Source: Candidatus Thorarchaeota archaeon (lineage in GTDB: Archaea > Asgardarchaeota > Thorarchaeia > Thorarchaeales > Thorarchaeaceae). From it: DNA of 64,000 nucleotides. Within the stretch, counting starts at the first letter, position 1, and every line of letters begins with the position of its first letter. Shown here piece after piece: positions 54,381-63,117 of the stretch. The stretch lies in contig JAEORX010000002.1 in the NCBI GenBank assembly GCA_016840685.1, positions 28,852 through 92,851 on the forward strand. The letters are read 5' to 3'. Both the position numbers and the translations under genes were made by a program. The notes under the pieces are model-generated. The model ran no database searches and was not told where the DNA came from. It was given only the letters and a program-made list of their open reading frames with translations.

Positions 54381-55340
54381 TTGCAAACCCCCTATTCACA
54401 ATTCGCAGAATCAATAGTTGAGCTGTTTAGACCAATATCAGACTTTTTCCAGTCTCTTGGTATCCCATTTGGTCCAATAGCATGGATGTTCATCATAGCT
54501 GTGATACCATTATTTCTAATCATAGTTCTACTGGTAGTTCGTGGAAGACGCAGTTCTGGAAGTCCCAGTGTTGATGAGGGAATCAAGAAAATCATTGCAT
54601 CAACCGGTGATGTTTCAGTTGGTCTTGCTGGCGCAAAGAAGCTGAAGTTCTTGAAGACACCAGCACAGGCACTAATATTTTTGAAAGTCGAAGAAAACGC
54701 TATTCAACAGGCACTGTCTGCGGTTGACTATTACAACCAACAAGGAGACATTGATGAAGCTATCAAGGACAAACTTGTCACAGTGTATCAGGATCGTCTG
54801 TCATCTGTGAGAGATGCGCTCGCAAAGGATGAGGCACTCAAAGAAATTGTCGATACCTCTTCAGCTGTTGACAGAGCCCGATCCGATTACTTGGCTAAGC
54901 TCGCTGCAATGTCTGGGACTGCAGTTGAAGATGACACAGGAGAAGCTGGTCCCTCACGTGTTGGAATGCCTGAAGCAGTGAGCGCCACTCCTCCCAGTGC
55001 TGGCCCTCCCAGCGGTGGACCTCCCGGAGGTGGTCCTCCAAGTGGTGGCCCCCCGAGTGGTGGACCTCCCGGAGGCGGTCCTCCCAGCGGTGGACCTCCT
55101 AGTGATGCTGCTCCTCCGACTACAGCTCCAAGTACTGCTCCACCATCAGGTGGTCCTCCAGGTGGCGCTCCTCCAAGTAGCATGACCCCGAGCGGCCCTC
55201 CAAGCGGTGCTCCAAGTACTGCTCCGCCGAGCGCTGCAGTGGTCACAGACACACCCAAACCCACCAGTGGAAAAAGCTCTCTACAGTCAGAAATGTTGGC
55301 TGAGATGGAGCGTCTGAAGGCTCTGATGGGCGGCGATTAA
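54381..55340 (+). CDS. Membrane-anchored protein with a coiled middle region and a Pro/Gly/Ser-rich repeat tail
   Basis: TM helix WMFIIAVIPLFLIIVLLVV. The C-terminal region reads PPSGGPPGGGPPSGGPPSGGPPGGGPPSGGPPS. TTG start. Confidence 0.6.
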   Translation: MQTPYSQFAESIVELFRPISDFFQSLGIPFGPIAWMFIIAVIPLFLIIVLLVVRGRRSSGSPSVDEGIKKIIASTGDVSVGLAGAKKLKFLKTPAQALIFLKVEENAIQQALSAVDYYNQQGDIDEAIKDKLVTVYQDRLSSVRDALAKDEALKEIVDTSSAVDRARSDYLAKLAAMSGTAVEDDTGEAGPSRVGMPEAVSATPPSAGPPSGGPPGGGPPSGGPPSGGPPGGGPPSGGPPSDAAPPTTAPSTAPPSGGPPGGAPPSSMTPSGPPSGAPSTAPPSAAVVTDTPKPTSGKSSLQSEMLAEMERLKALMGGD

Positions 55341-55442
55341 GCAAAGAATAAGCAGTATATGACAATATTTTACACCGGGGGGCAGTAAAACCAACCATAT
55401 TCCACATACCATCGTTATTAGGCAATACAAAGACTTCACTAC

Positions 55443-55646
55443 ATGATGAAGCCCTCAAGATGGCAATTGGTAGAAGGTCAAATCTATCGTCTTGTAGATG
55501 TGCTTCATAGTAAAAGAAATGCAGAGATACTTGCCAAATCTCTCGAAGATAATTGTGCTGTCGTCATCATATCCACAGAAGACAGTAGATGGGCAGTATA
55601 TTGGAGACCAAAGACAGGAACATTATGCCCATATGGTGTTGTCTGA
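55443..55646 (+). CDS. Small conserved protein, paralog of 51489..51701
   Basis: 67 aa: MMKPSRWQLVEGQIYRLVDV...RWAVYWRPK. Confidence 0.5.
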   Translation: MMKPSRWQLVEGQIYRLVDVLHSKRNAEILAKSLEDNCAVVIISTEDSRWAVYWRPKTGTLCPYGVV

Positions 55647-55715
55647 TTTTTTCTCTCGGAAGGCTTTTGGGAAGCTTAGTGTATTGGTCAACTACTCACC
55701 AATGGAGACCTTACC

Positions 55716-56399
55716 ATGTCACAAATGAAGCTGAATGCAGCAAAGAGTGCGCTTGAAAAAATCCCTAAGAGAGGCGCAATGGGTCTTGGAAGTGGATCCA
55801 CAGTGGCAATTTTCGCAAAAGAGCTTGGTCAGCGTATTTCCAATGGTGAGAATGATATCACTGTTGTTCCCAGTTCATATCAGGCCTACCAGCTAGCCAT
55901 AGAACATAATATTCCTCTAACGAACCTCGACATTAATCCTGAACTTCTACTAACTGTTGATGGTGCTGATGAGGTTGACCGAGATCTCAACCTGACCAAG
56001 GGTGGTGGTGGTGCTCTTTTCCAAGAAAAAATTGTGGCTGCTGCCTCCAAGAAGTTGATAATAATCGTGGATGAGTCGAAGCTTGTGGAGAAACTAGCAT
56101 CCAGATTTTTGATTCCGATAGAAGTATTGCCATTCTCTATTGGTTTTGTGAAGAGAAAAATCAAGGGTATGAATATTGAGCCCATTATACGTCAAGCTGA
56201 GAAAAAGATGGGGCCTGTTGTGACTGACAATGGGAATTTCATAATAGACCTCAAGTTTCCTAGACCAATAGAAAATCCCGCAAAGATTGCAATCGACCTA
56301 AAGATGATTCCAGGAGTTGTTGAAACTGGTCTGTTCATTGCAATGGCAGACGAGGTCCACGTTGGGAAAGAAGATGGAGTTTATGTCATTAGCAAATAG
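55716..56399 (+). CDS. rpiA: Ribose-5-phosphate isomerase A
   Basis: GLGSGSTV, DGADEVD, KGGGGALFQEK. Confidence 0.95.
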   Translation: MSQMKLNAAKSALEKIPKRGAMGLGSGSTVAIFAKELGQRISNGENDITVVPSSYQAYQLAIEHNIPLTNLDINPELLLTVDGADEVDRDLNLTKGGGGALFQEKIVAAASKKLIIIVDESKLVEKLASRFLIPIEVLPFSIGFVKRKIKGMNIEPIIRQAEKKMGPVVTDNGNFIIDLKFPRPIENPAKIAIDLKMIPGVVETGLFIAMADEVHVGKEDGVYVISK

Positions 56400-56405
56400 C
56401 TTTCA

Positions 56406-57509
56406 TTAATACATCGACCAAAACTTACGAAACCTTATGCTATAAGCTAAAACTTCAGTTGAGTCAACATACTGATCAACCCCACCAAGATGCTTCGGTA
56501 ATTGTTTCACCTCTTCATCTTTAATCTCTGCATGAATGGCGTCCGCAAAACTGCTTCCACGAATTATCATGAAAGGTCGATTATAGAACTGAGTAACTCT
56601 TGTGGTCAAGGACTCTGTGATTCCTAACTCATTGTGCATCTTAGCCATATACTCATATGCTCTTGTCAAGTACTCTTGCCGCTGTTGCCAAGTATCAGCG
56701 TCCATGATTTGCATGAACAATGATGTGAGATTTGCCGCATTTCTAAGCTTGGAAAAAGCCGTACCAAACCACTTGATGTAAGGTGCGTATTTTCTTTCCA
56801 TCAAGAAACAGAGCATCATGATATTGCGAATTAATCGCGTTGCTATAATACGTGAACCGAGCTCATCTCCTACTTGACCACATCGACCCATGAACGCCTC
56901 TTCTTGAGCTATCCGTTCCCACTGGTTTGATAGAAGATACAACCACAAATCGCGTGGATAATACTCCAGTTTAGCAACTATAGGTTCCAGTTTTCCCAAA
57001 CCATCATGAAAAACTCGTCCGTTTGCTATACTGAGGAGCATCTGTTGTGGTAGTACCAACCAATCTATGATACGCAATTCTTCTGTAGGATTGAAACCAA
57101 GGTATTCGATAAAGAAAGCACTGACTGTATTAATCATGACCCCGTGATTGACAGGCCCATCATCAATAAGACTCATACGTGTAGTCCCATCATCGTTAAG
57201 GGCAAAGTTAGTGGGAAACCCGCGTATCTCATATGGCAAGTCTTGATGAAGCACTTCATCGAGCTGCTCCTTAATAGAACCATAGTCAGCATCTTCCAAA
57301 AAAATCTGCAGCTTTGGACCCCAATCATGGTCCATCGACTGTGGTGTGTCATAACCCAAGACATCAGATCCATGTCCTATTCTAGCTGCTGAATAAATGA
57401 GTTCCGGGAAATGCTTGTCTATGATGGGTTTCACAGCCTCCCTAAAGAACACTTCACTCAATTCCAACCCAGGCAGGAATTTAGGGGGCGGGTGATCCTC
57501 CTCATTCAT
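56406..57509 (-). CDS. DUF4037-like protein (nucleotidyltransferase-fold associated); start at the internal ATG (ORF track extends to 57569)
   Basis: GHGSDVLGYDTPQSMDHDWGPKLQIF resembles the DUF4037-containing family signature as I recall it. Confidence 0.55.
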   Translation of the reverse strand: MNEEDHPPPKFLPGLELSEVFFREAVKPIIDKHFPELIYSAARIGHGSDVLGYDTPQSMDHDWGPKLQIFLEDADYGSIKEQLDEVLHQDLPYEIRGFPTNFALNDDGTTRMSLIDDGPVNHGVMINTVSAFFIEYLGFNPTEELRIIDWLVLPQQMLLSIANGRVFHDGLGKLEPIVAKLEYYPRDLWLYLLSNQWERIAQEEAFMGRCGQVGDELGSRIIATRLIRNIMMLCFLMERKYAPYIKWFGTAFSKLRNAANLTSLFMQIMDADTWQQRQEYLTRAYEYMAKMHNELGITESLTTRVTQFYNRPFMIIRGSSFADAIHAEIKDEEVKQLPKHLGGVDQYVDSTEVLAYSIRFRKFWSMY

Positions 57510-57576
57510 CCAATATTGTCTCCAAAATTGACAGTAGCATGGTAGGATTTGGATATTACGGATTGACAATAAGAGG

Positions 57577-57709
57577 TGGCGGGCCCGCCCGGATTTGAAC
57601 CGGGGATTACTAACTATCTCCAGACAGAATGACTTGTCGCTAGGAGGCTAGTGCCCTATAGACCTCCATCGAGATGAAATCTCAAAGGTCCAGGCTAGGC
57701 CACGGGCCC
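57577..57709 (-). tRNA. tRNA-Arg (CCU) with two introns (~27 nt in the D-loop, ~25 nt at canonical 37/38), CCA encoded
   Basis: Minus strand reads GGGCCCGTGGCCTAGCCTGGAC[CTTTGAGATTTCATCTCGATGGAGGT]CTATAGGGCACTAGCCTCCTA[GCGACAAGTCATTCTGTCTGGAGAT]AGTTAGTAATCCCCGGTTCAAATCCGGGCGGGCCCGCCA. Confidence 0.8.
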
Positions 57710-57813
57710 TTAGTTTTGAGCGTGTGAGCTGTCAGTTGTTAAAGCTTTTGCAATAAAGTGTCTTGGCAAAACAATCTCTTGTTACAGGTTGATGATTATG
57801 TGAGGTTGATATT

Positions 57814-58026
57814 ATGGTAAAATGTCCCAAATGTGAAGATATCGATATGGAGTCTGGAACACTACTTCATGGAGTTGGCAATTTTCGTTTATCAAGCACT
57901 GATTTACGAACAAAAATCAAACAGCCTGCAAAGAATGATCCCTATCATTATATAGCCTATCAAATTGATGGACATAGATGTCCTCAGTGTGGGTATGTTG
58001 AGATGGTTGCAAATCGTAGGATTTGA
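57814..58026 (+). CDS. Small zinc-ribbon protein
   Basis: CPKC...CPQC pairs. 70 aa. Confidence 0.45.
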   Translation: MVKCPKCEDIDMESGTLLHGVGNFRLSSTDLRTKIKQPAKNDPYHYIAYQIDGHRCPQCGYVEMVANRRI

Positions 58027-58052
58027 CTCGTCTTTAAAGAGCATCAGCGTAT

Positions 58053-59321
58053 TTATTCTGCAATTTTCGCAGTGATATTGGCTCCTTCTTCCATAGCATC
58101 AACAAGTATACTTCCTTGTCTTGTCTTTATCCGGATTGAGCTTTCACCATTTCGTCCGACCACCGTTGTGAATAGATACAAATCATCTGCAAATATCTCA
58201 ATCCTCTGCTTGGAATATTTTCTACCTGTATATATTGTGACTTTTTTCTTACTGTAGCTTACAGACACAGGTACAGTTTCACCAGGGATTCCCCTTCCCA
58301 CTGGACGTCTTTCTGCTTCACCACCAAGATGTGTAACTGCGCCTCGTACTGGAACAACAACCTTCTCCCCACCAAAGGTGAACATCTCATACTCCAATAT
58401 TCCTCGCTCAAAGTCACGAACCTCAACGACTGGTCGCGCCAAGTCTCTCTGTGTACCTCCCATCCCGGTTGGGAGTTTCACCTTCAATGATAGAGCAGAA
58501 ACCTTTGCAACACGACCGTCTTCTATGTGGACTATTGTGTCAACAGTACTTGGTACCTGCCCCAGTTCTACACGTCCACCAAGAAGCAGTCTTTGAAGTG
58601 CATCAATAGCTGAACCTGCATGCACAACACCAACCATTCCAACACCAGCTGAGCGAAGATCTGAATATGCCTGAAAATCTGAGTTCTTGCGGAGTTCATC
58701 ATAAATCACAAAATCCGGGCGAACTAGAAGTAGAATATCCGCAGCCTTCTCCATGCTCCCATCAAGAGGCGAATACTGAACTATCGACTCCTCTACTTGG
58801 AGGTCTCTCGGTTGTTCAAGGGTCTTTACAACATTCCCCTTTCGACCATAGAACTCAGCCAGCGCTGCTGCGAATGTACTCTTTCCCGAGCCAGGGGATC
58901 CAGACACAAGTATTCCTTCTGCCCTAGCCTCCAATCTATTCATTAATTTCGAGCTGAGTTCATAGTCATCAAGGTCCAGCTTCACAATCGGTCTTATTGC
59001 AGAAATCTCCATCTTGTCGGCAAAAGGACGTCTAGCGATTGCAATCCTGAGGTTTCTTAGCTGGACCACTGCTGCACCTTCCTCCTCTATCTCAATGAAT
59101 GAGTTTTTGTCGTTCTCGGCTGTTTCAAGAATTGCTTCGGCAAGAACATCCAACTCATCATAGGTAAGAAGGCGGTCGGAGAGCTTCACCAACTCCCAGT
59201 TTCCAGGTTCTCCTCTCTTGGCACGAGGTGGGTTATTTTCTACAAGATGGACACTCATGGTATGTTCATCGAAGAATGCTTTCAGAGTAAGAATTTCTTC
59301 ATTGTTCTCATAATCCGCCAT
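58053..59321 (-). CDS. PilT-family ATPase with a C-terminal KH-like region (COG1855-like); start among the ATGs at 59336/59327/59321
   Basis: Walker A VSGSPGSGKSTFAAAL, TLEQPRDLQ and Walker B DFVIYDELR. Overlaps the endA stop. Confidence 0.8.
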   Translation of the reverse strand: MADYENNEEILTLKAFFDEHTMSVHLVENNPPRAKRGEPGNWELVKLSDRLLTYDELDVLAEAILETAENDKNSFIEIEEEGAAVVQLRNLRIAIARRPFADKMEISAIRPIVKLDLDDYELSSKLMNRLEARAEGILVSGSPGSGKSTFAAALAEFYGRKGNVVKTLEQPRDLQVEESIVQYSPLDGSMEKAADILLLVRPDFVIYDELRKNSDFQAYSDLRSAGVGMVGVVHAGSAIDALQRLLLGGRVELGQVPSTVDTIVHIEDGRVAKVSALSLKVKLPTGMGGTQRDLARPVVEVRDFERGILEYEMFTFGGEKVVVPVRGAVTHLGGEAERRPVGRGIPGETVPVSVSYSKKKVTIYTGRKYSKQRIEIFADDLYLFTTVVGRNGESSIRIKTRQGSILVDAMEEGANITAKIAE

Positions 59322-60009
59322 TGTCATCACTTCCATGGTTTCTAAGAGTAGCTTGAGCGACCCGATAGAAGTTGACCTCGCCATTTTGATCCACAAGAGC
59401 AAAAACAAGTTTCTTCCGTGAACCAGCGGCTGTCCTTGTGACCATATCCAAGTCACTTAGAGATATGGGTACGCCCTCTTTCAGAACATACACCAACTGA
59501 GTGGCACTCGCTACACCTGGTCGATCTCCCCTAGCATATACTCGAAAACCAATCCCCCCACCGAATCCTTGACGTACTGCATAGCCTCTACTTCTCAGGT
59601 CTCTAAACACAAGATAGCTGGTCCACAAATCAGGGTTCTCATCAAGCAGTTCCTTTACAATAGTGTCTGGTCCAATAATCTCTCCATCAGATCTTTTTAC
59701 AATCAATCTTTTTCGTTCAATAAGATGCAAGAGTTCCACTGGTTCTAATTCAAGTCTATTACCATCAGTTCGATTACCATAGAATCCCTGCTGTGAGATT
59801 CGATCAGCATCCTCACTAGCAACGTATCCTTTTCCATTTTCATAGACCGCCTCTGCAGGTTCTTCTATAGCCTCCTCCTCAAGCTCGAATTCATCCTCTT
59901 CTTCTATTACATCTGGATCAGGGAAGCTATCATTATCACCTGTCAATTTTATCTCGCCTGCTGGGTCTAGCCTTGTTGATATTGAGAAAAACCCTTCGGC
60001 ATGCCACAA
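59308..60009 (-). CDS. endA: tRNA-splicing endonuclease homolog with an acidic N-terminal extension and His-to-Ser at the catalytic position
   Basis: YLVFRDLRSRGYAVRQGFGGGIGFRVYARGDRPGVASATQLVYV...SRKKLVFALVD aligns with M. jannaschii EndA FRLYERGANIDKEHSVYLV...VRKKLLIAIVD. Confidence 0.8.
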   Translation of the reverse strand: MWHAEGFFSISTRLDPAGEIKLTGDNDSFPDPDVIEEEDEFELEEEAIEEPAEAVYENGKGYVASEDADRISQQGFYGNRTDGNRLELEPVELLHLIERKRLIVKRSDGEIIGPDTIVKELLDENPDLWTSYLVFRDLRSRGYAVRQGFGGGIGFRVYARGDRPGVASATQLVYVLKEGVPISLSDLDMVTRTAAGSRKKLVFALVDQNGEVNFYRVAQATLRNHGSDDNGGL

Positions 60010-60041
60010 GAACTATAGCCCACTCAGTAAAAGCCTACGTT

Positions 60042-60539
60042 GTGATAAATGACAAATTCGAGGATGAGCTAAGAGAATTCATCACCGGTGCCAAGAAAAT
60101 TGCAATCCTTGGCATTGGTAATGACCTACGTTCAGATGACGGACTTGGACCCTACATCATAGAAAAACTCAGCATAGATGACCCAAGAATATTGATTGAG
60201 AATGTGGGTTCAGTTCCCGAGGGATTTGCACGGAATTTAGCAGAATTTGGCGCTGAAAGGGTGATAATGGTTGATGCAGCTGATATGATGAAACCACCCG
60301 GACACATCGAGTTTGTCACTAAAGATCGCATTGGTGGTATCACTATCAGCACACACAGCATGCCACTCTCCTTTCTGATGATGTACTTAGAACAGGAAAC
60401 CGGTGGTAAAACGGTGTTGATTGGGATTCAGCCGAAAAGTATACAGTTCGGTGAGGGACTGACACCAGAGATTCAAGAGGTTGTTGAGAAGATCATCAGA
60501 ATCCTGGAACACGTACTGAAAGAACACCTGAGAGGTTGA
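60042..60539 (+). CDS. Hydrogenase maturation endopeptidase (HycI/FrhD-like); start moved to the GTG at 60042
   Basis: KIAILGIGNDLRSDDGLGPYI, VIMVDAADM, STHSMPL. Confidence 0.8.
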   Translation: MINDKFEDELREFITGAKKIAILGIGNDLRSDDGLGPYIIEKLSIDDPRILIENVGSVPEGFARNLAEFGAERVIMVDAADMMKPPGHIEFVTKDRIGGITISTHSMPLSFLMMYLEQETGGKTVLIGIQPKSIQFGEGLTPEIQEVVEKIIRILEHVLKEHLRG

Positions 60540-61585
60540 TTGAGATGTTTCGTACAATTGAATGGTTAGATGACACATCAGCAGTGCGTCTTGTAGATCA
60601 GACCAAACTTCCATTGACTTTGGAGTTCATCACAACAAAAAGTCATGAACGTATTGCAGAATCAATTGAGATAATGGAGATTCGTGGAGCTCCTGCGATA
60701 GGAGCAGCTGCAGGGATGGGCATGGCACTAGCTGCAATTGAGAGCAAAGCTCGTACAATTGGAGAACTTATAGAGTATCTTGAGAAGGCTGCAGTCACAC
60801 TGAATACACGACCAACAGCAGTCAATCTGACTTGGGCAACAAATCGGATGCTAGAGATTGCCAAGAACACAGAGGGAAGTGTTGACGACATTACACAGAA
60901 ACTAATTGAAGAGGCGAAAGAGATTGCTGAAGAGGATGTTCGGATGAGTAGAAAAATGGGTGAAAATGCACTTGAACTCATCAAATCTGGATATACAATA
61001 CAGACTATTTGTAATGCAGGGTCTCTGGCGACTGTTCATCTTGGCACTGTAGGTGCCGTCGTCAGAGTTGCTCATGAAAAATATGATGGCAACATCAAGG
61101 TATATTCTGCTGAAACCAGACCGAGACAACAGGGTGCACGTATAACAGTGTTTGAATTCATGGAAGATGGCATTGACACAACTCTGATAACTGATGGAAT
61201 GATTGGCACAGTATTTCGCGAAGGAAAGGTTGATTGTTGTGTGGTTGGAGCTGATAGGATTCTACGAACAGGTCATGTGATTAACAAGATTGGAACTTAT
61301 ACTATGGCAATCACAGCAAAATACCACAGGATTCCCTTTTACTCTGTGGCTCCAACATCAACAATCGATATGATCACAAATCCAGAGGATGTAATCATCG
61401 AGGAACGAAACCCTGATGAGATTCGTATAATCAATGGTACATATGTCACAGTCCCTGATGCTAAGGTGTATAATCCAGCGTTTGACATGACTCCTCCGGA
61501 GTTACTGGATGCAATAATAACAGACAGAGGAATCGTTAGGAATCCCACAGAAGAGAAGATGCGAAAGCTCTTCGAAAATGATTAG
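60536..61585 (+). CDS. mtnA: Methylthioribose-1-phosphate isomerase / eIF-2B-like isomerase
   Basis: IEWLDDTSAVRLVDQTKLP, IRGAPAIGAAAG, CNAGSLAT, ETRPRQQGARIT, VGADRI. Confidence 0.9.
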   Translation: MIEMFRTIEWLDDTSAVRLVDQTKLPLTLEFITTKSHERIAESIEIMEIRGAPAIGAAAGMGMALAAIESKARTIGELIEYLEKAAVTLNTRPTAVNLTWATNRMLEIAKNTEGSVDDITQKLIEEAKEIAEEDVRMSRKMGENALELIKSGYTIQTICNAGSLATVHLGTVGAVVRVAHEKYDGNIKVYSAETRPRQQGARITVFEFMEDGIDTTLITDGMIGTVFREGKVDCCVVGADRILRTGHVINKIGTYTMAITAKYHRIPFYSVAPTSTIDMITNPEDVIIEERNPDEIRIINGTYVTVPDAKVYNPAFDMTPPELLDAIITDRGIVRNPTEEKMRKLFEND

Positions 61586-61608
61586 AATCACTCTGAGAGG
61601 GGATACAG

Positions 61609-62373
61609 ATGCTGACCGATGTCACGCTCACATGTCAGCTAACAGACGGGTCTTTCATCCATAAATCAGTCAGCAACGATTCTACAAGCATATCACTCAG
61701 GAAAATGGACATAACCTCAGTGAATCTCACTCCCCTAAGTTCCCTCTCACGTTTGGAACACTTTTCAGTTTCTTATAATCCTCTAAAAATACTCGACCTA
61801 CAACCTCTTTCAAACTGTAAGAACCTTAAGGTTCTTCGAATGACTGGGTGTGCATTAAAATCAATCAATCTAGATACTCTACACAAATTGAACCACCTTG
61901 AACAGCTATCAGTATCGTTCAACAACCTGACGAAATTGGACCTCTCTCCCCTTTCTTCCTGTGCCAAATTAGAGCTCCTCACCATAAATAGAAACAAACT
62001 TGAGAACATCGATTTGAGCCCTCTTGCCTCATGTTCCAACTTAAAGACGTTAAATATAGGTCAAAATCCGCTCAAGTCTGTGGATTTGACACCTCTTTCA
62101 TCTTGCGAAAATCTGTTCTCCCTTGTTCTCAACAAGACAATGATTCAATCTATTGATCTCTCACCACTTGAAACTCTCGGTAATATTCAAGGCTTGGATC
62201 TCAGCGAGAATCTACTCAAGATGATAAACTTACGCCCACTTCGAAATTGCAATGAAATGTATGAGATTAATCTTGATGATAATCCATCTAGGTCAATCGT
62301 TGTGAGGAAGGGTTTCAGCTGCCCTGGGCTAAAAATTTCTCCCGATGCCAAAATCATTGAAGTAGATGAATAG
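61609..62373 (+). CDS. Leucine-rich repeat protein (about 9 repeats of ~22-23 aa), no signal peptide
   Basis: Repeats of L-x-x-(I/V)DL(S/T)PLSSC-x-NL-x-x-L-x-(L/I)-x-x-N. Confidence 0.8.
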   Translation: MLTDVTLTCQLTDGSFIHKSVSNDSTSISLRKMDITSVNLTPLSSLSRLEHFSVSYNPLKILDLQPLSNCKNLKVLRMTGCALKSINLDTLHKLNHLEQLSVSFNNLTKLDLSPLSSCAKLELLTINRNKLENIDLSPLASCSNLKTLNIGQNPLKSVDLTPLSSCENLFSLVLNKTMIQSIDLSPLETLGNIQGLDLSENLLKMINLRPLRNCNEMYEINLDDNPSRSIVVRKGFSCPGLKISPDAKIIEVDE

Positions 62374-62436
62374 GAATTCCTATTATCTGAACCAGTATGG
62401 AAGTCCTTAAGAGCCAAACAAATCAGATGCTCTCTG

Positions 62437-62514
62437 GGGCGCGTAGTCTAGTTTGGATAAGGCACCAGCCTTCGGAGCTGGGTATCCCAGGTTCAAATCC
62501 TGGCGCGCCCGCCA
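62437..62514 (+). tRNA. tRNA-Arg (UCG), no intron, CCA encoded
   Basis: GGGCGCGTAGTCTAGTTTGGATAAGGCACCAGCCTTCGGAGCTGGGTATCCCAGGTTCAAATCCTGGCGCGCCCGCCA. Confidence 0.9.
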
Positions 62515-62515
62515 T

Positions 62516-62749
62516 CTATTGTTCATTTTTCAATATGTCACCAAACATTGCTAGAAACCCAATGAAGAACCCAATCCCTAGGGGAACCGAAATTATCATG
62601 AAACCAATTGAATCAATCACCCATATCGGTTCTCCAATTCCAAGCTCAGGATGAATATCAAGTACATACCAAAATCGGAATGCTGTGGCTAAATTCCAGA
62701 CAATAAAACAGCTGACCATTAGCAATAGTCCCTTGAGCCACTGTTTCAA
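62516..62749 (-). CDS. Small membrane protein
   Basis: 77 aa with 2-3 hydrophobic helices. Confidence 0.4.
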   Translation of the reverse strand: MKQWLKGLLLMVSCFIVWNLATAFRFWYVLDIHPELGIGEPIWVIDSIGFMIISVPLGIGFFIGFLAMFGDILKNEQ

Positions 62750-62807
62750 ATAGACCTACCCACTGATACCTTGACAAATACTGTACTAAATCTATCGTCC
62801 AAAAGCG

Positions 62808-63026
62808 CTACTTCCTACCAAGTTTCTTGCTCCAGACATCCAAAAAGTACTCTAGAGACCTATCAAAGGTCCTTTCAGCTTCTGGAGGGAACAGGCATCC
62901 TGGAAGTTCGCGATGTTTCCAGTGATAGTCAATGCAATCACAGCAATATCCCTTTCTCGAGCAACCAGGGTATGTGCACCCGCATTTGTCCTTGTTTCTC
63001 TCTGTGGGACATGTTCTACCAGTCAT
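62808..63026 (-). CDS. Small Cys-rich protein (DUF6485-like)
   Basis: CGCTYPGCSRKGYCCDCIDYHWKHRELPGCLF resembles a conserved cytoplasmic Cys-rich family as I recall it. Confidence 0.5.
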   Translation of the reverse strand: MTGRTCPTERNKDKCGCTYPGCSRKGYCCDCIDYHWKHRELPGCLFPPEAERTFDRSLEYFLDVWSKKLGRK

Positions 63027-63117
63027 CGAAGCTCAGTAATCACTTCTCACAGCACGTTAAAACCTGATTGGTCGTGGCGGTATGCTAATAGCGTCGAAGT
63101 GCTGTCTGGTAAGTAAC

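Noticed and set aside
54990-55230. Tandem DNA repeats (15-nt GGTGGACCTCCC-type units), and LRR-encoding repeats at 61700..62250, considered as CRISPR or satellite arrays
   Set aside because: Both are in-frame coding repeats (a Pro/Gly-rich tail and LRR modules). They have no spacer-repeat regularity and no cas genes.
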